Assembly (NCBI GenBank): GCA_049968255.1
Contig: JBMFRB010000004.1
Coordinates: 96,001 to 160,000, forward strand
DNA: 64,000 nucleotides
From: Candidatus Sumerlaeaceae bacterium
GTDB lineage: Bacteria > Sumerlaeota > Sumerlaeia > Sumerlaeales > Sumerlaeaceae
Direction: 5' to 3'
Shown here: positions 29,386 to 39,981 of the stretch, in pieces
How positions within the stretch are numbered: the first letter of the stretch is position 1
Layout of the letters: every line of letters starts with the position of its first letter
The notes under the pieces: model-generated
Seen by the model: the letters and a program-made list of their open reading frames with translations, nothing else
Database searches by the model: none
Told to the model about the DNA's origin: nothing
Made by a program: the position numbers and the translations under genes

Positions 29386-29480
29386 CGAGCGAGCTTCTCG
29401 GGTATCGTGGAGCCGCGTCAGCGGCTCTCATCGAGAGCCCGCGCCACAGCTGAAGAGAAGATTGCAACCTCCTGTAGGCG

Positions 29481-31697
29481 ATGATAGACAGTAACGGTAT
29501 GAGCGAGCCAGCACTTTCCGAGACGACGGATATACTCGAGTATATTCTCGGGGATCAAAAGGGCCGTTATTCGGCGGACGACCGTGCACTGCTGACTCGG
29601 GCTTACAAGTTTGCTGAAAGTGCGCACGAAGGCCAACTTCGTGCATCGGGTGAACCTTACATCACGCATTGCGTGGAAACGGCGCGTATTCTGTCCACTC
29701 TTCTGCGCGATCCCACAACTTTAGCCGCCGGTTTGCTTCACGATACCGTCGAAGATTGCGGTGTCACCTTAGACCAACTCGCCCACGAATTCTCGCCGGT
29801 CATTGCCGCGCTCGTGGAAGGTGTCACGAAAATCAGTAGCCTGAAATTGAAAGGCAGTCGTGAGGAAAAGGTTGAAACACTGCGCAGGCTAATGCTCGCC
29901 ATGGCGAAGGACCTGCGCGTCATTATTATCAAGTTTGCCGACCGCATTCATAATTTGCGCACCTTGTCTTGGCTTCCGGAAGAAAAACAAAAACGCATCG
30001 CCGAAGAATCCCTCGAATTATTTGCGCCACTTGCGGGGCGCCTTGGCATGTCACGAGTCAAGGCCGAGCTCGAGGATCTCGCGATGCAGTACCTGTACCC
30101 CGAAGCGTACGAGGCGCTGGTGCGTGAACTCGCTCGACATCGTGGGCAGCACGAAGCCGTCATCGAGAAAGTGTCCAACATCCTTCGCGCCACGCTCGAA
30201 AAACATGACGTCCGTGCCGACATTCAAGGGCGCACTAAGCATCTCTACTCCATTTGGAAAAAGATGCAGCGCCAAGGGATCGGCCTCAATTCGGTCTACG
30301 ATATCATGGCGGTCCGCGTGATTTGCGCCGGCACGCCTGACGATTGCTATAAGGTTCTTGGCCTTATCCATAGTCGTTGGCCTCCCATACCAGGCCGCTT
30401 TCGTGATTTCATCGCCGCCCCGAAAGAAAACGGTTACCAATCGCTCCATACCACTGTCCTCGGGCCACACAATCAGCGGGTGGAGATTCAGATCCGTACA
30501 CAGGAGATGCACCGGATTGCGGAAGAAGGGGTGGCATCGCACTGGAAATATAAAGAGGGGGTGCGCGGCGACCACGACCTTGAGGACAAGCTCGTCTGGC
30601 TTCGCCGTCTCGTGGACTGGATACAAGATGTGCGGGACCCCACAGATTTTGTTGAAGCCCTAAAGGTCGACCTCAGCAACGACACGGTGTTCTGCTTTAC
30701 GCCCAAAGGCGACGTCGTCGAGCTTCCGGCTGGGGCTACGGCTTTGGACTTCGCCTATTATATTCACTCCTCAGTCGGAACTCACTGCGTGGGAGCCGTC
30801 GTGAACGACGCAATGGTCCCGCTTCGCTACGAGCTGAAAACCGGCGACGTCGTCGAGATCAAAACTTCTTCTAAGGCACACCCCACACCCGATTGGCTGG
30901 GCATCGCAAAGACGTCGCGTGCGCGCACGAAGATAAAGCATTGGATCCGCCAGCAGCGGCTGAGTCCCGAAAACGTCCAGAAAGGAAAAGAAGCCCTGTC
31001 GAGGGCACTACGCACGCGCAACTTGCCGGTGGATTGGGAGGAGATTGAGAAGCGGCTTGCTCCATCGCTAAAACACTATCAGGTCCAGAGCTTCGAAGAA
31101 TTCTGCGGGGAGGTTGGTTTTGGCGGCATCGAGCCTGCAGCCGCAATCAGTCGTGCCTACCCTGAGTTGTCTCGCACTGCAGCCCCGCAAGTCAAAGCTT
31201 CAAGCTCTACAAAGAAGAAGCAGACGGGTGGTATTATTGTCGCGGATCTGCGCGAAGCATATCTCCGGATTGCTCAATGTTGTGCTCCCGTGCCGGGTGA
31301 TCGAATTATTGGCTTCGTTACCGTCGGCCGCGGTGTCACCATCCACTGTGAAGAATGTCCCCATATTCGTCGCATGAGGGAGGACGCGCAGCTCAGTCAA
31401 CGCTTGCTTCCTGCCGAGTGGGATCTTGCCAAATGTTCGAGTTTTGAAGTCGGGTTACGCGTTGAATGCGCCGACAGAGCAGGGTTGTTAGCTGACGTTA
31501 CGGCGGCGATTACCGCTGAAAAGGTATTTATCCTTGGCAGCAACACAAAAAGCCAGCCAGCAAAGAATACCGCTATTCTCAATTTCCGCGTCCGTGTCAG
31601 CAGTTCTGCTCAGCTTTCCTATCTCTTTGCCGCCATCAAAAGCGTGAAAGGCGTCTTGCGAGTCACGCGTGTCGGGATGCTGCACAATTCGGCTTGA
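29481..31697 (+). CDS. spoT: Bifunctional (p)ppGpp synthetase/hydrolase (RelA/SpoT homolog)
   Basis: HD motif 'LLHDTVED', 'ADRIHN', 'NGYQSLHT', TGS 'FTPKG', 'CCAPVPGD', C-terminal ACT domain. Confidence 0.96.
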   Translation: MIDSNGMSEPALSETTDILEYILGDQKGRYSADDRALLTRAYKFAESAHEGQLRASGEPYITHCVETARILSTLLRDPTTLAAGLLHDTVEDCGVTLDQLAHEFSPVIAALVEGVTKISSLKLKGSREEKVETLRRLMLAMAKDLRVIIIKFADRIHNLRTLSWLPEEKQKRIAEESLELFAPLAGRLGMSRVKAELEDLAMQYLYPEAYEALVRELARHRGQHEAVIEKVSNILRATLEKHDVRADIQGRTKHLYSIWKKMQRQGIGLNSVYDIMAVRVICAGTPDDCYKVLGLIHSRWPPIPGRFRDFIAAPKENGYQSLHTTVLGPHNQRVEIQIRTQEMHRIAEEGVASHWKYKEGVRGDHDLEDKLVWLRRLVDWIQDVRDPTDFVEALKVDLSNDTVFCFTPKGDVVELPAGATALDFAYYIHSSVGTHCVGAVVNDAMVPLRYELKTGDVVEIKTSSKAHPTPDWLGIAKTSRARTKIKHWIRQQRLSPENVQKGKEALSRALRTRNLPVDWEEIEKRLAPSLKHYQVQSFEEFCGEVGFGGIEPAAAISRAYPELSRTAAPQVKASSSTKKKQTGGIIVADLREAYLRIAQCCAPVPGDRIIGFVTVGRGVTIHCEECPHIRRMREDAQLSQRLLPAEWDLAKCSSFEVGLRVECADRAGLLADVTAAITAEKVFILGSNTKSQPAKNTAILNFRVRVSSSAQLSYLFAAIKSVKGVLRVTRVGMLHNSA

Positions 31698-31870
31698 CAT
31701 TGCCCAAATCTCTGGCACACCGTGTGTCTAGCGTGGACACAAGTCCGACTCCCTCCTCCTCGACTAAACTTGAAGCGTGAATGCTTAAGCTCCTGTTCTG
31801 ATAATAATTTTCGTGTAAGTTTTTGCCTAGGCTGCAACGCGGCACAAAAAATGTTTCCTCTAGGCTTGCG

Positions 31871-32770
31871 ATGAAAACGGCATGGCTGATTTTAGGAATT
31901 GCATCGGTAACGAGTGTGGGTTGGACACAGTCACTCACTCCCAAGCGCCCGGGACTTGCGCCAGAAGATAACCGCCTACCTGGGGCGGGCGTGGAGATGG
32001 GACGAGTTGTCCGGGGCGAGTTGCAACCCGCGCCCCCCGGGCCAGAAGCCAAAACAGCGGGGATGAACCCACGCAAGCAGCCCTTCCCCATCACCTCCTC
32101 ACCTACTCCTACCGAAAAAGCATCGACTTCCCCCGAGATGGAAATTTCCGAAAATGCGCCCGCAGCTGCGACTGTTGCGCCCCCTGCACAGCGAGCCAGC
32201 AGTCTGATCTTGGGCCGCGTAAAACAAAGGCTCTCCATACGTAAGTCCGCCAGCCCAGAACCTCGGCTAGCGCCCGTTTCCCCGCCAAGTGGTCCCAGTG
32301 AAGGCTCGCCGCAGGAAGAAACGCCTGAGCCAAACGCTGTTGCTCCGGTGCCTGTACAAGGTGCTGCTCCGGGTCAGTCGATTGTGCGCACTGGCGATTA
32401 TTCTCCCATCGAACAAACCGTGGCGAAATATCACGCTGCAAGCGGCCCGCAGAGAGTTCGTCCGTCGGGCGTTTCTCATGAGCTGCGCAACTCCACGGCA
32501 CGCATCCGCACAAATTTCACCGCTGGCGACGCCGCAGCCGTCCAGCAAGAAGCGGATTCCATACGTGCCCGCATTTGTACCCTTCGCTCTCTGGATTCCC
32601 TTACACTTGAAAAGCGCCTCAAGGTCTCCTCGATTTGCCGCATGCTTGATGATGGCCTCGATATGGTCGAGCAGGGGCAACGCGCCGGAGATGAAACCAT
32701 GGTCCAACTCGGCCTTGAAAAGATCCATCAAGCGAGCGAATTACTCGAACCACTTGATGGCGAGGAATGA
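31871..32770 (+). CDS. Hypothetical exported protein (Pro-rich N-half, helical C-terminal domain)
   Basis: Signal peptide MKTAWLILGIASVTSVGWT; low-complexity region followed by amphipathic helices with two Cys. Confidence 0.65.
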   Translation: MKTAWLILGIASVTSVGWTQSLTPKRPGLAPEDNRLPGAGVEMGRVVRGELQPAPPGPEAKTAGMNPRKQPFPITSSPTPTEKASTSPEMEISENAPAAATVAPPAQRASSLILGRVKQRLSIRKSASPEPRLAPVSPPSGPSEGSPQEETPEPNAVAPVPVQGAAPGQSIVRTGDYSPIEQTVAKYHAASGPQRVRPSGVSHELRNSTARIRTNFTAGDAAAVQQEADSIRARICTLRSLDSLTLEKRLKVSSICRMLDDGLDMVEQGQRAGDETMVQLGLEKIHQASELLEPLDGEE

Positions 32771-32828
32771 AGGATTTACTGATCCTCGCCGCCAAATGCA
32801 CCAAGGCTAAGGCGCGAGGCACCAGCGG

Positions 32829-33374
32829 TTGATTTGCAGCGATTATAATTTTGCATTTACGCGGCGCCGCTTCCTGCGTCCTTGTCTGACCACGGAAGAA
32901 ATCCACGAGTTGGAACAGCTTGAAAAACTCTGCTATCCGCCCGCCGACCGCTACGATTTTCGCACCCTAAGAATGTTTTGTTCTCTCAATGGCATTGGTA
33001 TTCTCCGTTACTACGAAGAATCACTTCCTCAGCGGCCTCTCGTGGGCTTTCATCTCTTCGATTGTCTCAATGCCGAGCTCATTACCCTCGACGTCCATCC
33101 TGAGTTCCGCGGACGAGGGATTGCAGGCCAGCTCCTCTTGCTTTCCCTTAAGAAGCTCAGAGCCCTTGGTCATACCCGCGCCACGTGCGAGATAGCGGTC
33201 AACAACACCGTATCGCTTCACTTGCACAAGAAGTTCGGTTTCAAGCCATGGCGCCTTCTCAGGAATTACTATGGTGCGGGCCGCCACGCCTATCTCATGC
33301 GGGCGAACCTCGGCGCGCTGGCGCAGCTCCAAGCCGACACCCCGTCACTCCTCCAGAGTCCCGAAGTGTCCTAG
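32829..33374 (+). CDS. GNAT (RimI-like) N-acetyltransferase
   Basis: 'ITLDVHPEFRGRGIA', 'N..SLHLHKKFGF...LRNYY'. Confidence 0.85.
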   Translation: MICSDYNFAFTRRRFLRPCLTTEEIHELEQLEKLCYPPADRYDFRTLRMFCSLNGIGILRYYEESLPQRPLVGFHLFDCLNAELITLDVHPEFRGRGIAGQLLLLSLKKLRALGHTRATCEIAVNNTVSLHLHKKFGFKPWRLLRNYYGAGRHAYLMRANLGALAQLQADTPSLLQSPEVS

Positions 33375-34595
33375 TTCAACGCGGCACGATTTCCCCTGGC
33401 ACGATTTCGGGATGTGGTTACGCAAAAAGTTTTGCCGCATCTCGACCGCCCGCTCGCTGTTCCAGATTTCCTGAAGAGGTCTGCGGTTGAGATTTCCCCA
33501 GCTCGCTGCAGCCCAACAGCACGGCCGAACGTCACCGTCGGTATCTATGAGTAAAAAGTACCAGGGATAATGACACTTTTCTACAAGCGTTTTCCCGCGC
33601 GTCGAAAGTTGAGCCAGTGCCTCGCTGGCGTGCAAAACTTGAACCGCCTCGCAACCGTTTTGCGCGATTGGCTCTCCTTCGCAGTGCTGATTTATCAGTC
33701 GGCGTTCTTTCTCAGAAAGAACGTGGGAAATCAGATTTCGGAAGCCCAGGTTCACAGAGATCCTAATGGGAAGGCCTTCGGCTTTTCGAAGCGTCTGGAC
33801 CAACATTTCCCGCGCTAACCCCACATGATGTCCGATAAACTCCGCCTCCAGCTCTCGATTTTCAATTTCCATGATCTGGATGCTAAATGTCTCGAATCCG
33901 TGTTCGAGAGCAAAGTCCAGAAGCTGTGGCATTTCACGTAAGTTGCGCTCGAGAAACGTCGAGGCCAGTGTCATTGTCGGCCATGGAGAGCGCAGCTTCC
34001 GTTTCCAGCGGTTGATTGCTTCAAGCGCATGGCGCACCTTTTCGATGCTGCCCAGCACTCGCATTTGCGCATACAAGTCAGGAGTCACGGCGTCCACGCT
34101 CACGAAAAGGTGCGCCACGCCGCCTTCCACAAGCATCTGCGCGCGCGTATCGTCAATGAGGTTGGCATTTGTCGTCATTGCCAAATTGTGCGAGCCCAGC
34201 TCACGGTGACGTTCGAGGATTCGCCCGAGTTTCGAGTAAAGCAGCGGCTCGCCCAGGGGCGTCAGCGTGATCATTTCCGGGTAGGGGAGCAGATCTAAGA
34301 CCTCTTCGAGCACTTGCCCGCTAATTTCTAGCTCGCTCTTGTCCAACTGACGGAGCGCCTGCTGCGTTTCGGGTAGAGTCAGGCGACAGAAGTTGCACTT
34401 GAGGTTGCAAGTCCAATTCGTGCCGATCTGCACATGACGAGGATAGCTGGCGAGCCTGGTGCGTCCCTGCCAAAATTCCTTCCAGTTCAGGGCCGCATTC
34501 GCTGCCTTCACGGTCTCCCCGCGCGAAAGCTCCGCTCTCCACCGCAAGTGTTCGCGCTTCACCCATTGTCCAATTCGGCGGATCGTGCTGTGCAT
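33345..34595 (-). CDS. Radical SAM protein with SPASM/twitch domain
   Basis: CxxxCxxC 'CNLKCNFC', 'GEPLL', 'TTNA'; C-terminal 'CHYPW...DGDVRPCC...GNL...EIWNS...CQGKSC'. Confidence 0.9.
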   Translation of the reverse strand: MHSTIRRIGQWVKREHLRWRAELSRGETVKAANAALNWKEFWQGRTRLASYPRHVQIGTNWTCNLKCNFCRLTLPETQQALRQLDKSELEISGQVLEEVLDLLPYPEMITLTPLGEPLLYSKLGRILERHRELGSHNLAMTTNANLIDDTRAQMLVEGGVAHLFVSVDAVTPDLYAQMRVLGSIEKVRHALEAINRWKRKLRSPWPTMTLASTFLERNLREMPQLLDFALEHGFETFSIQIMEIENRELEAEFIGHHVGLAREMLVQTLRKAEGLPIRISVNLGFRNLISHVLSEKERRLINQHCEGEPIAQNGCEAVQVLHASEALAQLSTRGKTLVEKCHYPWYFLLIDTDGDVRPCCWAAASWGNLNRRPLQEIWNSERAVEMRQNFLRNHIPKSCQGKSCRVELGHFGTLEE

Positions 34596-34712
34596 CAGTT
34601 TTGACTTACCGCTGCCGTGGGTAAGTGTTTATATTCTTCAGATTTGGCGCATCTCATTAAAAACTTGAGAAATTCTATCGTAATTCCACGAAAAGCTCAC
34701 AAACATGGAGCG

Positions 34713-37700
34713 ATGACTGTGCGGCGAGCACAAACGCTTGTGACGATCTTTTGCTTCGCAATGTGCGTGGTGGGCGCTGCCGGCCCAAAGCCAACCACGC
34801 CGTCTCGACGAGCCACCAGCGACAAAGCCCCGCTGCTAACTGCGCCACTTGAATTGCGCCGCGAAACCGTTGTCGCACGGCTAACTGCGCTCTCAGACGC
34901 CACAAGTATCCCTTCTGCACTCCGAGATTGGACCTCGGCCACGCTTGCCCAGGCCGCTGATGCCCTCGCCCAGGCCGAGTCGCTTGAGGCTGAGAAAGCC
35001 TCTTACGAGTCGGAGGTCTCCTCGGTGACAAGCCGCACAGAAGAACTACGCCAAAAGTTGCAAAAGCTCGCTGAGTCTCATGCGCTCGATGTTCCCACCT
35101 CGGCCACATCAGCCCAAATCGCTCAATGGCTTGCGCAAAAAGAAGCCGAAGTCGCCGAGCGCGAAAAGGCACTGCAAAGCCTCGAAGCTGAGCTGAACGC
35201 TCGCGAGCAACGCCGCTTGGCCATTCCCAAAGAAATAGCCCAGGCGCGCCAACAACTGGAAAAAATCGAAGCAGGCCAACTTGTGCCGCCAGCACCAGAT
35301 GCTTCCCCCGACTGGGAAACCCTCCGATCCGCCGCGAAAAACGCCCTTACTCTGGCTCTCCAGAAGAAAATTCAGACGCTTGAAGCCGAGCTAAAAATGC
35401 TCGACTCCACGCGAGACTTTTTTGACTTGCGCCACGAGGAAGCGCAAAAGCTGCTCGCGGCATCGAAAAACGATCTCGTTTCACTACAGAGGGCAGCAGC
35501 GGAAGCTCGCCAACGTGAAGCGCAAGAAGCAATCCAACAGGCTCGGCGCGCACGTTGGGAAGCCGCTCGCATGCACCCAGCTCTAAAAGAAATTGCGGAA
35601 GACAACGAAACCCTTGCCCGCCGTCGAGCCAGCGAGAACGGAGTGCCCGCTCGCATTGCTGCCGTTTCTGCCGAGCTCGAAGTCACGAAACAAATGCGCG
35701 CGCGGATTCAATCGAGCTTCGAGGCTGTGCGTAAGCGCCTAGAAATCCTTGGCAAAACCGCTGTGGTTGGTCAACTCATGCGCAAGGAGCGCGACGATCT
35801 GCCTTCGCCCCATGAGCTTTCGCGTCAGCTCAAGCGCTACATGGCCGAAATCAGTCAGGTGCAGGCTGAGCTCATGGACGCGCGTGAGAAGCGTTCGCAA
35901 TTGCCTGCACTTGAGAGCCGCTTGCGCACGCAGCTCGCCTTAGATGCGCGCATGACCACCGAAGACGTCGCACAGGTGGTCTCCGCTATGATCCAACAGC
36001 GGCGAACCCTGCTCGATGCACTCATCACGGACCTTGATGAGCTTTTTAATAAGCTAACAGAAATTACAACAACCTACGCTCTTCTCATTCAGGAGGTTAC
36101 TCAATACGCGACGTTTTTGGAAGAGCATATTCTCTGGATTCGTAGTGCCAGGCCCTTTTCGCTTTCTGAAATCCGCCGAGCCGCGGAGGCCCTGGCATTT
36201 CTCACTGGTCATGCAACGTTACAGCGAGTGTTCCTCACGGTATCGGGCGATATCGTGTCCCACTGGGTTTTATATCTTGGCGTCTTTGCTGCTCTTGCTG
36301 CAGGCACAATTTGGAAAAGACGGAAGCGTCATCACTTGGCCGACTTGTTCCCCCGAGAGCAACCGCATACGTTGCTGCTGGGGTCATCTCATGCCTCACA
36401 AATACTTTTCTTGCTGCTAGCTGATGCCCTCATTCCCTGGGTACTTGTTTTGACTTTTATAGGATATCGCTTACTTGAAGCCACTCAGGGTTCGACATTG
36501 ACCGATGCAGTGGCCAACGGTTTGATCCGAATTTCTCTTTTAGTTTTTCTTACGAATCTCGGATCAAGGCTCGCTCTGCTCACTGTATCGCTAACGGGCC
36601 AGTCAGCTTGGCACCGCCTCAGAAGAGCAATTATGTTGCTTGGCGGACTTTCTACCTTGCTGTTCTTTGTTTTCGTTCTCGCGCGTGAAGCATGTCCGCG
36701 TGTCCTGGGCGACTCCCTGGAACGGGTTGTTTTTCTTCTCACAATGACCGCATGGGCCTTGGCGTTTTTCTGGCTTTTTGTTCAAAAATCTGTTTGCGAG
36801 GCGGTTCTTGGACAACTCATTGGTCCACGTTACAGCCGCATACTTCCTTACTTGGCTACTGCGGGTTTTCTCATTTTGGTCGCGCTTGGCGTTCTTTCTG
36901 CGCTCGGCTTTCATTATTCAGCACTGCAAATTCTTGCTCGTCTTGCTAAGTCGTTAGCAATTATCGCCATTGTCTTTATGAGCATCTACCTGCTTGAAGT
37001 TTGGCTTCAGCGCTTACTCCGCACACACACCCTTCCCCACTTTCTGCCCGCGTCAGGGCAAAGACAGGAGAGTAGCGACCCGGCCAATGTGGCCCACTCA
37101 AGGGACACGAAGGACTCGCATGCGCTGGTGGCTCAGGTCCGCCGGATGGGACGTGCTGTCGCATGGACTCTCATTGCGATTTTGCTTTGGTTTACGTGGT
37201 CCGACATGCTGCCCGCGCTTGCGTTCATTACCCGCATCCCCCTTTGGGAAAGAGGAGAAGTGGTGGCTGGTGCACCGGCGGCAGTCACGCTAGGTGATGC
37301 ATTGCTCGCTCTGCTTGTTGCCACCATCACCGGTGTGCTTTTGCGCAACATTTCTAGCCTCGTTGAGCTTCTCCTGCTGCGCTCGACCCACCTTGACCAA
37401 GGTACCCGCTATGCCATCGCGGCGGTCGTGCGCTATGCGATCCTCATCAGCGGAGTCATAGCAGCATCGCGAAGCCTCGGTCTTACCTGGAAGAGTGTCC
37501 AGTGGCTTGCTGCAGCCGTAACAGTTGGCTTGGGCTTCGGGTTACAGGAAATTTTTGCTAACTTTGTATCAGGACTTATTCTATTGTTTGAGCGGCCGGT
37601 TCGTGTCGGCGACTGGATCACAGTCTCTGGAACGACGGGGGTTGTGACGCATATTCGCACGCGTGCCACGACAATCCGCGACGCCGATGGTAAGGAACTC

Positions 37701-38045
37701 TTGGTGCCAAACAAACTCCTGATCACGGGCGCTGTTGTGAACTGGACGCTTTCCAACACCGGGACGCGGTTGTCCTTCGACATCCGGACAACTCCGGCAG
37801 CCGATGAGCGGACCGTGCGCATAGTACTCCGCGAAATTGTCGAAAAGGAGCCACGCATCAGTGCGCATCCAGCTCCGACCGTGTTGCTCGACGGGCTTTC
37901 TAACACCGAGCAACGTTTCCGCCTTTTTGTCTATACGAACCGCATTGAAAATAGAGAAGCCGTTAAGGACTCCGTTCTCAGAGCAATTCGACAACGTTTC
38001 GCCGAATCAGAAATCGACCTTCTCTTGCTCGATTGCCAACTATGA
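34713..38045 (+). CDS. MscK/KefA-like mechanosensitive channel
   Basis: Signal peptide, long periplasmic coiled coil, TM region, MscS core 'QWLAAAVTVGLGFGLQEIFANFVSGLILLFERPVRVGDW'. Confidence 0.92.
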   Translation: MTVRRAQTLVTIFCFAMCVVGAAGPKPTTPSRRATSDKAPLLTAPLELRRETVVARLTALSDATSIPSALRDWTSATLAQAADALAQAESLEAEKASYESEVSSVTSRTEELRQKLQKLAESHALDVPTSATSAQIAQWLAQKEAEVAEREKALQSLEAELNAREQRRLAIPKEIAQARQQLEKIEAGQLVPPAPDASPDWETLRSAAKNALTLALQKKIQTLEAELKMLDSTRDFFDLRHEEAQKLLAASKNDLVSLQRAAAEARQREAQEAIQQARRARWEAARMHPALKEIAEDNETLARRRASENGVPARIAAVSAELEVTKQMRARIQSSFEAVRKRLEILGKTAVVGQLMRKERDDLPSPHELSRQLKRYMAEISQVQAELMDAREKRSQLPALESRLRTQLALDARMTTEDVAQVVSAMIQQRRTLLDALITDLDELFNKLTEITTTYALLIQEVTQYATFLEEHILWIRSARPFSLSEIRRAAEALAFLTGHATLQRVFLTVSGDIVSHWVLYLGVFAALAAGTIWKRRKRHHLADLFPREQPHTLLLGSSHASQILFLLLADALIPWVLVLTFIGYRLLEATQGSTLTDAVANGLIRISLLVFLTNLGSRLALLTVSLTGQSAWHRLRRAIMLLGGLSTLLFFVFVLAREACPRVLGDSLERVVFLLTMTAWALAFFWLFVQKSVCEAVLGQLIGPRYSRILPYLATAGFLILVALGVLSALGFHYSALQILARLAKSLAIIAIVFMSIYLLEVWLQRLLRTHTLPHFLPASGQRQESSDPANVAHSRDTKDSHALVAQVRRMGRAVAWTLIAILLWFTWSDMLPALAFITRIPLWERGEVVAGAPAAVTLGDALLALLVATITGVLLRNISSLVELLLLRSTHLDQGTRYAIAAVVRYAILISGVIAASRSLGLTWKSVQWLAAAVTVGLGFGLQEIFANFVSGLILLFERPVRVGDWITVSGTTGVVTHIRTRATTIRDADGKELLVPNKLLITGAVVNWTLSNTGTRLSFDIRTTPAADERTVRIVLREIVEKEPRISAHPAPTVLLDGLSNTEQRFRLFVYTNRIENREAVKDSVLRAIRQRFAESEIDLLLLDCQL

Positions 38046-38055
38046 GGTGGCTGAA

Positions 38056-38787
38056 GTGAGTTCCGGACAAAAACATCAAGACGTTGGGGCTTCCGCTACG
38101 TGCGGCTCGATCGGGGCGCCGGAGAGCCGGAAAGCCCGTTGCATCTGGGGAATCTATGTGATCACAGACGCCAGGTTAGCTGGGCGTCCCCATGCTGAAT
38201 TGTGTAAGGAAATTGTCGCCGGTGGCGGTCGTGTCTTACAACTGCGCGACAAGCGACTGTCGCGCGATGAGTTGCGACCCATTGCTCGCGAGATCCGCAA
38301 AATCACAGCCGATCATGGTGTCATTTTCATCGTCAACGATGATCCTTATCTCGCAGCCGAGGTCGAGGCCGACGGGGTTCATGTCGGTCAGGAAGACCTT
38401 GACGTCCCTGCAGTCCGCGCGATTGTCGGCGAAGAAAAAATTGTCGGACTCTCCACGCACAATATCGCGCAGGCCTTTGCCGCAGAAAAACTCAGCGTGG
38501 ACTATATCGGGGTCGGCCCGATTTTTCCCACCCGCACAAAAGAAAATCCGTGGCCGACTGTCGGCGTGGAACTGATCCACCAGGTCCGCCAGAAAACATC
38601 GCATGTGATTACGGCCATTGGCGGTATTCGTGAAGAGCATATCCGCGACCTCGTGATTGCTGGCGCGCACAACATTGCACTGATTGGCGATGTGATGACG
38701 GCGCCTAACATACGCGAGAAAGTCTCCCGACTGTGTGAACTCTACACCCAGGCGCTAGAAGAACGCTGTAAGCCTCGCCGAGAATAG
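38056..38787 (+). CDS. thiE: Thiamine-phosphate synthase
   Basis: 'IYVITD', 'QLRDK', 'IVNDD', 'GVHVGQED', 'GLSTH', 'GPIFPT.TK', 'AIGGI'; GTG start after GAGGTGG. Confidence 0.94.
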   Translation: MSSGQKHQDVGASATCGSIGAPESRKARCIWGIYVITDARLAGRPHAELCKEIVAGGGRVLQLRDKRLSRDELRPIAREIRKITADHGVIFIVNDDPYLAAEVEADGVHVGQEDLDVPAVRAIVGEEKIVGLSTHNIAQAFAAEKLSVDYIGVGPIFPTRTKENPWPTVGVELIHQVRQKTSHVITAIGGIREEHIRDLVIAGAHNIALIGDVMTAPNIREKVSRLCELYTQALEERCKPRRE

Positions 38788-38808
38788 GGGAGAACAAGCC
38801 TCCTCCAC

Positions 38809-39882
<1,074 letters not shown>

Positions 39883-39981
39883 AGTTCTGCCTATCGTTTC
39901 ATTTCGAGAAAACATTTTTTCTAGAATATAGTACTCAACAAGTACACATTCTTGTGTCTATTTAGTGTGAGAACATTGCCA

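Noticed and set aside
31871-34595. RiPP cluster (radical SAM/SPASM + GNAT + small protein)
   Set aside because: The genes are convergent, the neighbouring protein is a ~300-aa Sec-exported protein, and no precursor peptide, RRE domain or peptidase-transporter is present.
37990-38060. TPP riboswitch before thiE (and FMN riboswitch before ribD)
   Set aside because: Both genes abut the upstream CDS with no room, and no aptamer consensus is visible.
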